From Azolla caroliniana (Eukaryota; Plantae; Polypodiophyta), in the NCBI GenBank assembly GCA_043228905.1, contig JBHGNT010000015.1:18724001-18788000 (forward strand): 64,000 bases of DNA, written 5' to 3'. The notes below the pieces were generated by a model. The model was not told the origin of the DNA and did not search any database. It saw only the letters and a program-made list of their open reading frames with translations. Shown here in pieces: positions 25,001-37,000 of the stretch. The translations under genes and the position numbers were made by a program. Every line of letters begins with the position of its first letter. Position 1 is the stretch's first letter.

Positions 25001-28000
25001 AAATTACAATATATCTGACTTGAGAATCTTACATGTACCAACATCAGGATTCTTTGGTTCTTTTTTATCTTATTTACATTTTTTTACTTAGTAACATTTA
25101 TTTTGGTTTGTTGTTCTCAAAGATGAGATGACACTAAAGATGTAATCTCTTGTTGGGCCTTATAGGCCATTTTCGCCTCTTAAAAGACATCAATGAGCTG
25201 TTGCTTGCATCAATGAGCTGTTTCTATGCAATTAAAAAATCCTATCATTACTGAAAGAGAATGGAAAACTTACATTTCCAGAACAAAGTTCAGCAAGAAT
25301 GCATCCTAAAGACCAGATGTCAATTTTTTGATCGTATGGAAGCCCGAGAATAACTTCTGGTGCACGATATGACCGTGACTGTACATATGAACAAAGATGA
25401 TCTGTTTGAAAGCAACTACTCCCAAGATCGATCACCTTGATCTCACATCGGCTGTAGCTTTTCATTAGAATGTTTTCTGGCTTTAAATCACAATGAATCA
25501 ATCCTAAGCCGTGAAGGAATTCCAAAGCCTCCAAACATTGACGTGTTATTGACTGTAAAAATATAGAATAGAAACTTCAAATAATTAATATAATCAAGTA
25601 AAAAATACCAAATTGTTGAAGAGCATATGGATACTGGGATTTATTGGTCAGAATGTCTTCCTAACCTGCAATCTTGGCATTGTAAAGTACATTTCTCTTC
25701 CAGATTCTCGATTAAATTTTTGGAACTCATAAAGATTTGCACGCAATAGTTCACATACAAGAAAGAGATGTTCCTGCCATAAATCTTTGATTCAAAGAGA
25801 GCTCCTTTAACTGCTTTACATTTCTTTTAGCTTATCATTGAGAGTTTTAGCATAATGCGAATCGCAGCTATGGTTCTACACAAGCACCTTAGGATAGCAA
25901 AAGGCAATGCAAGCATATAATGTCGATATAATTAATGCTTCCCAAATGAAACAATCATAAAAAAAGTTACCCGATAATAGAAATAGTCAAAAAGTCGTAA
26001 AAGGTGATGGCTATCAGCAGGATCGTGTATGTTGATATACTTGAGAAGTTTAATCTCGTCAAGACTTTGATCAAAGAAATCCTTGTTGTTCTTCACTATC
26101 TTCATGCAAACATCCACTCCTGTTTGCAAATCTCGTGCTTTAACTGCCCTGCTAAATGCTGCTGACCCTAAATATTCTGTCAATAGGTAACGTCCAGCCA
26201 CAACTGAATTAAGAACAATAGGGAAATCCTTTTCCTCCTCAAAACCAGTCCTGCATAGCAAATGAAGCTATATTCATATTCAGATCAACATACTAAATAT
26301 ATTTGTGCACATACATATATCTAACATTGTTGGAAATCAAGAGAGTATCATCATAAGTGTGTTAAACTAACACTGAAGATACTATTTACATAAACAGGAG
26401 TGGGGACCAGGGCTGCTATATATAAACAGAATATGTGAATAGCAAGCATAACAACAGAAATCAATAGCACTTGTCTCGTCCATACAGTAGCTTGTAGAGT
26501 AGAGAATTTGTAGTGCGAACCTGTTCTTTCTGTGCACAATCCTCAAGGTGAAGATTTCAAAATCTTCTTGCACTTTCATTTGCTCCAACTCCTCTTGTAG
26601 TATAGCAGTATCTCTATCATCGATCCCTGTTACACTTACATCATCCCTCTCATTAGCATTTGATACCATGGTTTCATCTCTCGGTACAAATGGTTCATGC
26701 TCCATCCCTGTAGACATCTTATTGGCAGGCACTGCATCTGGGCATGACATAAACATTGGGCTTGATGTACTTGAAGACACTTGGCTTTCTTGTCCACAAG
26801 CCAACGCATCAATTTTTGTGGATGTCTGGATATCATACTGATTCATGTGTTGACTTAATGGAATATCTGTGCTTGAAGGAGAAGGAAAAGAAAATTCACC
26901 TGGCTCATGATGACCTTTATTTCCAGCCTCTTCATAAATATTTAGGCCAGGATGTCCCTTTTTAATGGATGCAGTGTTAACATTTGCTTGTGGGTGTCTA
27001 GATGCCAATTCAGAATGTTTATTGTCTCCTGAGAGTAAATCTTCCCCTGTTTGAGAGTTAAACCCTTGCCGAACTTGTCCGATTCCTATTAACTTCAATT
27101 CCTCTAAATCCATCAATTGGCTATCATAATTTATACTACCTATCTGCTTTAGTGTATCTTTCAAGCTTGACTTGCTGAATAGATTTGTTTCACTACATAT
27201 GTCATGATCTGATACAGCTTGTCCCAAATTCTCAACCGTATTATAAAGCTGCTTCCCTGACAAATAAGATTCTTCTACATGTAATGAGTCACCAATAATT
27301 TCATTGTTTCCATCTTGAAGAGGATAAATCACTTCTTTCTGATTGTTGGACATTAATCTATCATCTTCACTTGGATATTCTATCTCATGTGCCAAAAACC
27401 AAGCCTCATCTTCAATTGGTTGTCTATGATAGCCTGGATCTTCGTCGTCATCATATGTATCAGAATCCCAATCATCTTTAGGATATCCAATACCAGAACC
27501 AGTTAGATCATCTTCGAGTGTAGCAAAACCAGAAAGAAGCTCAGGAGTGTCCTGCATGATACTCTGGCTCACAGGTAATAGTCCATTGATTCTGCTGTCA
27601 CATTTATCCCCTGCTGTAATCAGGTTGCTTGAGTTAATCCAATTAATAAAAAATTATAGGCATCGGAAATTATGGCATCTACTTCCCCCATAGAAGCCAT
27701 TCATATAAAATGCATTTGCAAAATCTACGGCAACATGCAACTATATTTTCACTATGACAGATGAATTCACCAAAAAACACAGAAAATTTGATTAGATTTT
27801 AATGTATGAAAGAAAATCACATAAATGCATTAGCATCTAAAACAACTACAGAAGATTTCCAAATATTATAAGAGAAGAAACAAAAAAGTGTGCTAAAATG
27901 GAAGGCTTATTAAATTCCATCTTAGTCCCCCCACAGGCTCATGATGAGGAAAGGAGCACAACTCCAAGAGTAGATGAGAGCTGCTCATCGTCTGTGCATC

Positions 28001-31000
28001 TCACCAGAAGACCATGCATGTTATCTTACTGTTCTCTAAAGGTACAAATGGGCATCACCCAAGTGTCTGTGACTATCTCTGCAAGAGAGAGATAATTGGG
28101 GTTGTATGTTTGTCATCAATAGTAAATTTGCAAGGAACCATCCAGATGTCCCATGGAGTCAAACAGCAAATAAGATCCACGCGATAGGTAGTTTCTGCCC
28201 TTTGTAGCCTATCTATGGGATCCTTCTCAACTGTGGAGGTGATCTGGCCATCCTTGATCTGGATTTTTTGTCCTAGTGACTCCATAGGGCCAAGTTACAT
28301 CAAACATCAAAGATCAGCACAACATGCTCTTCCCACCAATAATCAGGAGACATCGAATAGACAAAGACATGCATATGTACATGTTTGGGCAGAATGTTAG
28401 GATGGGAATAGAATAAATTGCATATCAAACTGCAAGGACTTGTACACATGGCTCCGCAAAGTTCTCATTATGAGTTGTTTTCTGTCTATTTTCTCTTGTT
28501 TCTCTTTCAGTGCTTTGGGATGAGATGTTGATATCCTAAACTTGTTTTACCATTTTTGAAGACAGGATTGATATACTTGAGAAAAAGTGCAAATTGATGA
28601 ATGATACACACAATGCATATTATGTATGTATCAGAATATTTCAGATGCAAAAATCAAGGTTCCATGATTCAATAACCCAAAAGTTTCTACAACCAAATTT
28701 TGGGTGTTGTGAATTTTTTGTTTTTTCCCACTATGTTCTAATCCAATCTTGTTGTGAATTTCTTTGGTTGTTGGAGACCAGAACGAGAGAAGCACGTATA
28801 GGCATGTCAATGTTTTAAATTACACATACTTGAGGAAAAGCGCAATTTATGAATAACGTATATAATGTATGTCTATACATTTTTGTTCATTGAAGGGTTC
28901 TGGATGAAATAATCAAGGTTTGACAATCCAATGACCCAAGGTCTAGGAAATAATCTACCAAAAGACAATAAAGATGATAAGTCTGGAGAATTGCAAGATA
29001 GTTAACAATCAGCTTTCATGTCCAAGATTCATGCCATCAATAACAGCATAGAGCTCATTTATATTCATTTGTATGCTATTGAACAATCCAAAGAAAAGCT
29101 TACATTCCTGTGTTGCCTATGGAGAACATTATTATAATAGACCAATTTACAGTCCAAGGTCAGGGTAAACCTGTTAAACTTCTGCCTTGCCCAATAGGAA
29201 CGTCCAAGAAGGAACCTAAATTGAAACCTTGCTCAAAAGCAGTATGTCCACATCCTTGATTATTGCCGTGCAGCATCCTGTCAAAGTTGAAGCCTTCATC
29301 GTCGTTATCCTTTGTCAAATATAGATCTTTATTAGCTGACCTAAATTTGGCAGGATGCTCATTAGAAAAGTCTTCAGTTTGGCTTTCACTTACAAAAATT
29401 TCACCTTCTCCAAAGTTATTTGGAATTCTGAGTTCCCAAGGTAAAGTCAAGTCCTTCACCAAATCATCCTCAATATTCTCCCTACCTTTCCTGTTTTTTT
29501 TCAGGAAGTCAATGTAATTAATGCCTTCTCCTCGCTGGTTGAACATGACACCAGTGTCGTCATCCATTGTAGATGGAAGAAGATGGGAATGACTCATTAT
29601 GGGCTCTTTAAATACTCCATCCAGAGGAAATCCAAAGTTCATCCATCCATTGTCTATCGGTGCATTACAAGCAAAGGCCGAGAAGCTTTGGAGATTTACA
29701 TCTTGTACCTCGTCATACTTTGGAAGTTGCAAGTGTGCTGCCTTATTTTGAGATAACACTTTCTCTGCATGCCAGTCAATTTCACATATATTGGTGGAAG
29801 TTTGATGTTCAATGGTTCTCGGATCCCCATATGTGTAGTTATGTTGCTTATGTAACCGGTTATGACGTCTATTTGCTTTTGATGTTCGACTTAACGCATT
29901 GCGCTGAGAAAGCTGACTGGATTGATGAGAAAAAACAGAATTATCAAAGGCATCAGACCCAATGGTAACACCCTCTTTCTCACCTTGAATGTTCTTTTCC
30001 ATGTCCTGCTTTTTTGTCCACTCTCTAAATGTGGAAATATTTTCCGAATTGAATTCCAATCTAGAGTGATCGTATGTCAAATTTTCTCTCGAAGCAGATC
30101 CAGAAATGTGTGATTCATTGGTTTCAAAACTTGACCGCAAGCTTAACGCTCGAAATTGGTCTATATATGATGATCCATCTATTGTTTTTGGTAGTTGAGG
30201 ATCCAAACTCAACTTGAATTCTGTAAACTCATCTTTATATGATGACCTGTCTCTCAATCTTTCCATATGAAGATCTGAATTCAAGCTCAAATAGCTAAAA
30301 TTGTCTATATATGATGATCCATCTTTTGATTTTATCAGTTGAGAATCCAATGACGAGCTCAATTCTCTAATCTCGTCTTTATATGATGACCCAGGTCTTG
30401 ATTTTACCAGTTGCGGATCCAATTGTAAGCTGGAAACTCTAAAATGGTCTTTATCTGATGACACATCTCTCTGATTTACCGGTTCAGTGGCCAAACTCAA
30501 GTTCAAAGCTCTAAAATTGTCTAGATATGATGACCCTTCTCTTAAATTTGTCAGTTGAGAATGTGAAGTCGAGTTTAAATCTCTAAACTCATCTTTATAT
30601 GACAACTCATCTTTTGATTTTGAGATTTGAGGATCCAAACTTAAGTTCAAAGTTTTTGAATAGTCCCCATACGATGACCCTTCTCTTGAATGTTTTGGTT
30701 TAGAATCCAAACTCAAGTCCAAAGATATAAAACTGTCTTTATATGATGACCCATCTCTTAAATGTTTTGGTCGAGCATCCAAACTCGAGGTCAATACTTT
30801 AAAATGGTCTTTATATGATGGCTCGTCTCTTGAATTTGCTGAAGGAGGATTCGAACTGGATTCTGAAGCTCTAAACTCGTCTTTATATGATGACCCATTT
30901 CTTGAGTTTTCCAGTTGACAACTGGAACTCAAGTCCGATTCTCTAAACTCACTTTTATATAATGATCCATCTCTTGATTTTCTTGATTGAGGATCTGAAT

Positions 31001-31214
31001 TCAAGCTCAAATCTTGGAAATGATCCATGTATGATGATCCATAACTCAAATTGTGTCCATCTATAGCATTTTCGACCTTATCGCTACTAGAAAGCACTGA
31101 AGAATCTACCACATTGATTCCCTTTGTTTGAAGCTCTGTTATCAAAGCTTCTTGAGCCCTTGTGAAATTATGCTCCCGAAGATAATCGAGAATAAAATGA
31201 AGAGAATCTGCCAT
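12816..31214 (-). CDS. DYRKP: Plant-specific DYRK kinase (DYRKP family), 7 coding exons, ~1378 aa
   Basis: Exons 31214-29171, 27613-26521, 26250-25971, 25773-25666, 25552-25274, 13815-13672, 13004-12816 (4137 nt, GT-AG, phases consistent); LisH-like start ILDYLREHNFTRAQEAL; RQPIEDEAWFLAHEI; YLGSAAFS; HCDLKPEN; DLGSSCF..SYVQSRSYRAPE. Confidence 0.95.
13672..13815 (-). CDS. DYRKP: DYRKP exon 6
   Basis: ttcag|VLFQNDSLATLLARVVGIIGP..YDRNQ|gtac. Confidence 0.92.
14720..16240 (+). mobile_element. 5'-truncated LINE (RTE/RTEX-like) in DYRKP intron 5
   Basis: Homologous to 22300-24030; QLQTSSHQLRIKVGRY..CKLC..CHC zinc motif; ends in a (TTTC)n tail. Confidence 0.8.
16643..17192. mobile_element. hAT-type MITE
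   Basis: TIR TA(A/G)CAATGGGCACGG; subterminal AACCG/GGTTT repeats; 8-bp TSD GTCCCCGC/GTCCCAGC. Confidence 0.88.
17590..18064. mobile_element. hAT-type MITE, diverged subfamily
   Basis: TAGC..GCTA ends; GGTT/AACC-rich interior; 8-bp TSD CATACAAC/CATGCAAC. Confidence 0.7.
19160..24033 (+). mobile_element. Near full-length degenerate LINE (ORF1 plus APE-RT ORF2; RTE/RTEX-like), antisense in DYRKP intron 5
   Basis: Coiled-coil ORF1 ending IYLDDDLTPA; endonuclease IWNCNG..GSGGVAVL..LLGDFN..DH; RT SNYRTIMIG, QTGF..DHIL, CFVDFRK; C-terminal CQLC..EEHYVCHC; (TTTC)n tail; 5' boundary approximate. Confidence 0.88.
22713..23177 (-). mobile_element. Solo LTR inserted in the LINE
   Basis: TG..CA ends; perfect TSD CTACC; empty site GCACTACCCCCATTCC seen in the LINE copy at 15241; TATAAATA on the minus strand. 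Confidence 0.85.
24133..25190 (+). mobile_element. 5'-truncated LINE copy with an internally inverted segment
   Basis: DIIRAEMGAA and EYEDQRCLGLFLLELKRH; ~24410-24630 is the reverse complement of the intervening LINE segment. Confidence 0.78.
25274..25552 (-). CDS. DYRKP: DYRKP exon 5 (catalytic and activation loops)
   Basis: tacag|SITRQCLEALEFLH..HCDLKPEN..AELCSGN|gtaagt. Confidence 0.95.
25666..25773 (-). CDS. DYRKP: DYRKP exon 4
   Basis: ggcag|EHLFLVCELLRANLYEFQKFNRESGREMYFTMPRLQ|gttag (not in the ORF track). Confidence 0.92.
25971..26250 (-). CDS. DYRKP: DYRKP exon 3
   Basis: tgcag|TGFEEEKDFPIV..YLGSAAFS..DYFYYR|gtaac. Confidence 0.95.
26521..27613 (-). CDS. DYRKP: DYRKP exon 2
   Basis: tacag acceptor; SGFAT..WDSD..RQPIEDEAWFLAHEI..LRIVHRKNR|gttc. 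Confidence 0.9.
27900..28400 (-). mobile_element. Possible decayed L1 endonuclease fragment in DYRKP intron 1
   Basis: Coding-like composition with GGD and RVD-like remnants on the minus strand; heavily degenerate. Confidence 0.3.
29171..31214 (-). CDS. DYRKP: DYRKP exon 1 (LisH-like start, 24-aa repeat array)
   Basis: ATG at 31214 (MADSLHFILDYL); ends GSFLDVPIGQGRSLT|gtttac. Confidence 0.9.
30135..31040 (-). repeat. Coding tandem repeat, 13 x 72 bp (24 aa)
   Basis: First and thirteenth GSSY codons start at 31040 and 30176, exactly 12 x 72 apart. Confidence 0.9.
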
Positions 31215-31734
31215 TATAGGCAAATAATGATAGAAAACAATAAACCCAATTCTATTCAGACTTCGTTTAGGATTTATGAAGCTTGAAACTGTATGTTTGT
31301 ATGATCAACCCTCTGATAAATGGAACTTCTTATCAAATGAAGAGCTGCCATCAAATGGGTTTGGTCAGAAGAATATATCATTCCATGCCCATATATGTCA
31401 TTTTCATTGTGGAATAAGAGGAAACGGCCAAAGAAATCTCCTAATTTTCCATGGGAAAAAATATGAGGAAAGAAAGAAAGAACGATTCGAGAGAGGAGAA
31501 AAAGCAAATACCTCGAACCAAAGAAACAAAGAAAGACAGGTACTTTCTATTCTTTTTCTCTTTCTCCTACTCTTCTAGTCCTGCCTTCCTCCGTTTCTTT
31601 CTATGTGCTCTTTCTCTTTTGATGCTCCGCTTCTCTTTCTGTGTCTGTTTTGGTGCCCAGAATTGAAGCTCGCAGAGAGAATGTGCGCGCCGCAGAGAAG
31701 AGGGCGGTATGTGTAGAGAGAGAGAGAGATCAAT

Positions 31735-32218
31735 GGAGACTAGAAGGTCATGGGTTCAAGCCCTGCATTCCACACAATGGCATTTAGTAGTAAATTAAGA
31801 GGATATGTATACATAGAGTAATATTGCTCAAAGGAGATTAGTAAGGTCATGGGTTCAAGCCCTGCAGTCCACACACAATGGCATCTAGTAGTAAATTAAG
31901 AGGATATGTATACATAGAGTAATATTGCTCATAGGAGATTAGTAAGGTCATGGGTTCAAGCCCTGCATTCCACACACAATGGCATCTAGTAGTAAATTAA
32001 GAGGATATGTATACATAGAGTAATATTGCTCAAAGGAGATTAGAAGGTCATGGGTTCAAGCCCTGCATTCTACACACAATGGCATCTAGTAGTAAATTAA
32101 GAGGATATGTATACATAAGAGTAATATTGCTCAGTGGAGACTAGAAGGTCATGGGTTCAAGCCATGCATTCCACACAATGGCATCCAGTAGTAATTTAAG
32201 AGGATATGTATAGAGTAA
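31735..32218 (+). repeat. Tandem array, 5 x ~100 bp, with tRNA-like A/B boxes
   Basis: Units start at 31735, 31833, 31934, 32035 and 32136; each contains AAGGTCATGGGTTCAAGCC. Confidence 0.9.
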
Positions 32219-32229
32219 TTGAGACGCGA

Positions 32230-32295
32230 GGAAGTCGGGTCTCGAACCCGAGATGTAAGAGTAATAGTCTAACAACTTACCATCAAGGTGAACAA
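32230..32295 (-). repeat. tRNA-derived (SINE-like) segment facing the array
   Basis: Minus strand reads TGGTAAG ... TCGGG-TTCGAGA-CCCGA, a perfect T-arm; no full cloverleaf. Confidence 0.55.
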
Positions 32296-33622
32296 TTAAA
32301 AAGGAAAAGTTATGTTATCGCTAGGGTAAACTAACTATATCAAAACAACAATTGAAAAGCAAAGGGTACCAATTGGAATATCGAGAAAGTGTGAACGATG
32401 ACCTCCATGTATTGTTACTACACTTGTTTTCTCACTATGAAGTATAAGTTGCTTTTTTGACTCGTTGATTGATCCTAACAATTCTTTATTACCATTCTTC
32501 CTTCAACCCGTTTTCCGTGTTATAGCTCTTGCTTTGACTACTATTTTTTAGTGCATTGGTTTTATCTTGTCAATCAATCAGTTCTTAGCAACTGTATGTT
32601 GCTCATTCTTACCATCGGTTTTTGACACACCGATTGTATTTCCTTATTTCTTCACTTAACCTACCTTGGTTCTTGTTTCTTGCATTGAATATAGTTGAGT
32701 ATCTCCCTTAACTCAAGCTAAATCGCGCAAAATATCCCTTGAAAGATCTTGACTCAGGTATGTCACACGATGTGGTTAGTATGGTTAATGGATAGATGAT
32801 GTTTTGTATTACTTCATGTTACAATCACTTGACTTGTCTTGGTATCGGTTGTTGTAACAATATAATGTATTCTCATTGTGGAAGAATACTCACATTTTGC
32901 AAGCCACAACCTTGATCATTGTTGATTCTCTTTCACTGAGCACATTTTAGTATATGGTCTAATGGTCGACTAATTCTTATAATTAACATATTGTATAATT
33001 ATAATGTTTACATGATCACACCCTTGTAGTGAGCATATATTCTATGCAAATCTTTAATAATAATAAAATAATTCAATTCATCTCCATATTGGTTCTTGCA
33101 ACCAGTCTATTATTGTGGTGGAGGAACATTTATGTAAGGTGTACAATGAAAACACTAATAAGTCAAGCCTTATCATGGAACAATGCTTGTTCCATTGATT
33201 GAGTACATAATTCTTATTTTCACACGAGTCTTTTCTGTATTAATTTCTATGGCTAACATAAGTTCATAGTGGAGAATATTGATGTGATGTATTATAATAA
33301 GAACACCCACAACATCACAAACTTGAAATGATAACATGATAATTTCTCTTGGTCCTGACTCCTGGTTGATATTGTTGACAACAAGGTTTGGGCATTAGTG
33401 TTGAAAACTAAAATTTTCAAATAAAAGGAACAATCTTGCATTAGTGGTCATGCCGAGTGCATGGTATGCTAATTGATGTGGTCACAAGCTAGTTATGAAC
33501 AATTCAATGGCTTCATTGGTGGGACATACCATCATTTATAATGTTGGGTAGCGAATCCATTACGTTGATTCTTTATACTTTACGTATATGTGTCGTATCA
33601 TAGAACTTCTTGATATTTAATA

Positions 33623-34013
33623 GGGAAAAGTACCAAGATACCCTTGGAAGTTCGTCTATTTACTAGAATGCCCCTAGAAGTTCCGAATTTACCAAACTAC
33701 CCCTATGTCCAAAAAAGTACACTTTATAAAGTAATTATACACTCAAATCTTTGGTAAATAGGGCTAGTTTGGGTCCAATTCTTCCATATTTGGTAAATAG
33801 GGCTAGTTCAAGTACAATTCTTCCATCTTTGGTAAATAGGGCTAGTTTGGGTCCAATTCTTCCATCTTTGGTAAATAGGGCTTGTAGATTTGAGTGTATA
33901 ATTACTTTATAAAGTGTAATTTTTTGGACATAGGGGTAGTTCGGTAAAATTGGAACTTCCAGGGGCATTTTGGTAAATAGACGAACTTCTAGGGGTATCC
34001 TGGTACTTTTCCC
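33623..34013. mobile_element. Mutator-like foldback MITE
   Basis: ~125-bp TIRs (GGGAAAAGTACC..GGTACTTTTCCC); perfect 9-bp TSD TATTTAATA; interior holds ~3.4 copies of a 39-bp unit. Confidence 0.92.
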
Positions 34014-37000
34014 TATTTAATATGCTTGTGTTGATTTATTCTAATAACTTAGCAATGATGTTAATGCCATAAAGGTGATATTTCCATAACTACATTCTAT
34101 TCTCTATTGTCAATTTTTATTTAAATTTATTTCAAAAGTTGTTCTCGATCACAAAAGCACGTGGATTCAAGACAATCAAGAGGGACAACGCAGAAGACGA
34201 CAAGATGGAGACGATATAGATAACACCAACATCAAGTACGTGACATGATAGTGTGAAGTGAGCCAAAAATCTATGCATAACTCATGTCGCCACTCAAACT
34301 ATTGCAAACACTTAGCAAGTTCCAACGTTCGGCAAAGAAGTGCAATGTTGATACCACAAGAGTGTTTAACAAGAATATGGTGTATTGCTTTGCAATTGAA
34401 GGGGATATTATGATGTTAGAGTTGTTTACTTGGTCATTTACTAATCAAGATAAACCATCAATGTCGACACATTGCCTTCCAATTATGCAAGAATTGTGGA
34501 ACTAGTATAGAGTTGGCCTACCACCTATTACGGTATTGCTACAAAAGCAAGCATTTATAGAGGGGATGGTGAGGCAAAACCATTTTAGTTGTTTCTCGAT
34601 ACTTCATTTTGACCAACAGAAAAAATTCACCGAATGTGGTGTACAAATCAAGCATTAAAGTGAAGAATATTCAAAGGATAACTTTTAGTAAATGAATACC
34701 ACAATATTGCATTGTCTATCAAAAGAAGACAACATGCCACCATATGTCGTGGCAAGTTAGAAATCTTAATCGCGACATTGAAAATTTTCCCAACATTTTG
34801 TATGCATTTTGTTGGAATTAAGCATATGTGCAATTGGAAAGTATAACTTTGATATTTTAAATCCCCAGTTCTATTTAAAGAAGAAGACAATAATGCTATT
34901 CGTTTCACAACAAGTATCTTAATGTGTTTTTTGCATTGAGATGGCTTGAAACAATCCTATAATCACACAACTTTGGATTTTGTAAGAGAGTTTTTAATTT
35001 GTACAATACAGATGGGACATGTTTCTAGTAACCAAGAAGCAACTAAAACAATGCGTTTGTTAGATTTTCCACAATATAAATTGGATATATTAGAGTGGCA
35101 TAACTAGAGAATAACATCGCTCATATAGAGCATGTAAAGAAACACGAAAAGGATGGCAAATTGTGTAATGTGTACAACCCCAACTAACAGAAGAATCAAA
35201 TAACTAGGATAAGGGAGCAAACTTGCTTTTGAAATGAAATACAAAATTGAGAACAACTCAAGGTTACAACTCAATGTTATAGGAAATGAGAACCAACTAA
35301 TAAGACCATGAAGTAGATAGAAAGTCAAAAGAGGCAGACAAAAGTGTACAAGTCCTCGTTTGAGTTGATAAATGATCACCCTTTAACTAGCTTCCACCCC
35401 TTAAAACAAAATTATTCTCCAAAGTTGTGTCCTCTCATGCAACATCATTCTCGATATGAAGTTTCCATTTAATATTGAACTTTATAACGTGGTAAATTAG
35501 AAATATGGGCGCTTTTTGTAGCATTGACTGGGCATGATGTTGTTTATGGCATATAGCAGTAATGTAATCCATGGAACAAGTTCAAAAGTGGTGCATGCAA
35601 CGTAGATTATATCCACTTGTCAATGGTTCCCAACGGTCCTTTGGTTCCAAACTAGTGTTGGAAAAAGTAAAGAAAAGAAAAAGGCAAAAAGTGACATAAC
35701 GTTATTGTTTTGTGATTTCTTAAAATCTAAGGTTTGTTGCTATTATAATTATTTACATTAAAGCTTACAAGTTACAATTTAAAGCTAAATGTGAAGGTGT
35801 AAATTACACTAAAACTGGTCGTGTTGAGCCACATTTCAATAACGTTATTGAAAAGGCTACTTTTACATAATGGCATAATTTAGCTAGTTACGATGTTACT
35901 CTTATGACCATACCCCATGCCTTAAACCATACCTAGATGATACTTTATGTGTGTTCTATGATACTTAACAATTATCATGATCTATTATCATAATCACTTT
36001 GGGACTTGTTTTGTTGCAAACACTATTTATTTGATTGCATCCTAATAGACATATTCCTCAATATGTTTGGTGTATCAATATGGGGTCCTAATCGATCCAT
36101 GCATTAAAGTTGTCATAACTTGACATATAAAAATACTACTTTAGCATCACACTTTAGCATGTACATTCTTGCCTATTGTACTTCCCTTCATTAACAACTT
36201 ATAAAAGCTACATCCAAATTCAAGCTCTTGTAGTTCATGGAGCAATAAATTAGTATAATTATATTTGGACTCAAGCTAAAGTAATACTACGAACCTATAT
36301 CAAGAACAACACTTTTGCACAATCTTGTGGAAGAGGTGGGTATCATCAATCAAGGAAAAATACTTTGGGTGGAAATGTTATCGTTGGAATCTAAGTTAAC
36401 ATATTTACTCCTTGAGCATGCTTACACGTGTGAAGAAGTGAGGCAAATTTTTTATGGTCATGAGGTTTTCTTGAGAGCGTTTTCACCTTTTCTAGCGAAT
36501 CCTCTTTGTGTACATTATTTATTGTTTCGACGTATTTATAAAAAGCATAATTATTGGCCCACTTCAAATATTGTACCAAAATCACATCAAACTCATTTAC
36601 GAAGGCATTGTATTGGGGGAACCTTAATTTTATGCCCTCAATCTAGAGCCATTAGAACACGTTATGCATGAAACATAATATTCTATGCTTTATTTTATTT
36701 GGAATGTTTGACACAATCTAGAGATATGAAGAAAATCAAAAGCTCATAACCTTTCTTCTTGGGCCCTTAGTGATGTGGTGAAATGAGTTGTGCTAATGTG
36801 ATGTGTTTGAGACTCAAAGACGAGGTAACCTACACTCATTTCGACAATATCTACGGCTAAAACTCTCTCTCCTTGATTACACATATATATCAAATATAAC
36901 TTAACTACATCAGCATGGAATGACATTAAGCCTTCGATGATTTTGATATCTCGACGATCACACAAACAATCAATGACATTAAAGCTTTGTCAATGCAAAA

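Noticed and set aside
28570-28945. Diverged ~250-bp duplication in DYRKP intron 1 as hidden exons
   Set aside because: No conserved frame or splice sites; exons 1 and 2 already join in phase
31770-32195. Helitron 3' termini (CTAGT after a hairpin) in the repeat units
   Set aside because: No GC-rich subterminal hairpin of the expected form and no Rep/helicase motifs recognised nearby; not fully excluded
31735-32218. CRISPR array
   Set aside because: Whole ~100-bp units are repeated with no unique spacers; eukaryotic context; no cas genes
32230-32295. Functional tRNA genes (also 42600-42670 and 46245-46320)
   Set aside because: A/B-box or T-arm similarity only; no convincing acceptor stem or complete cloverleaf
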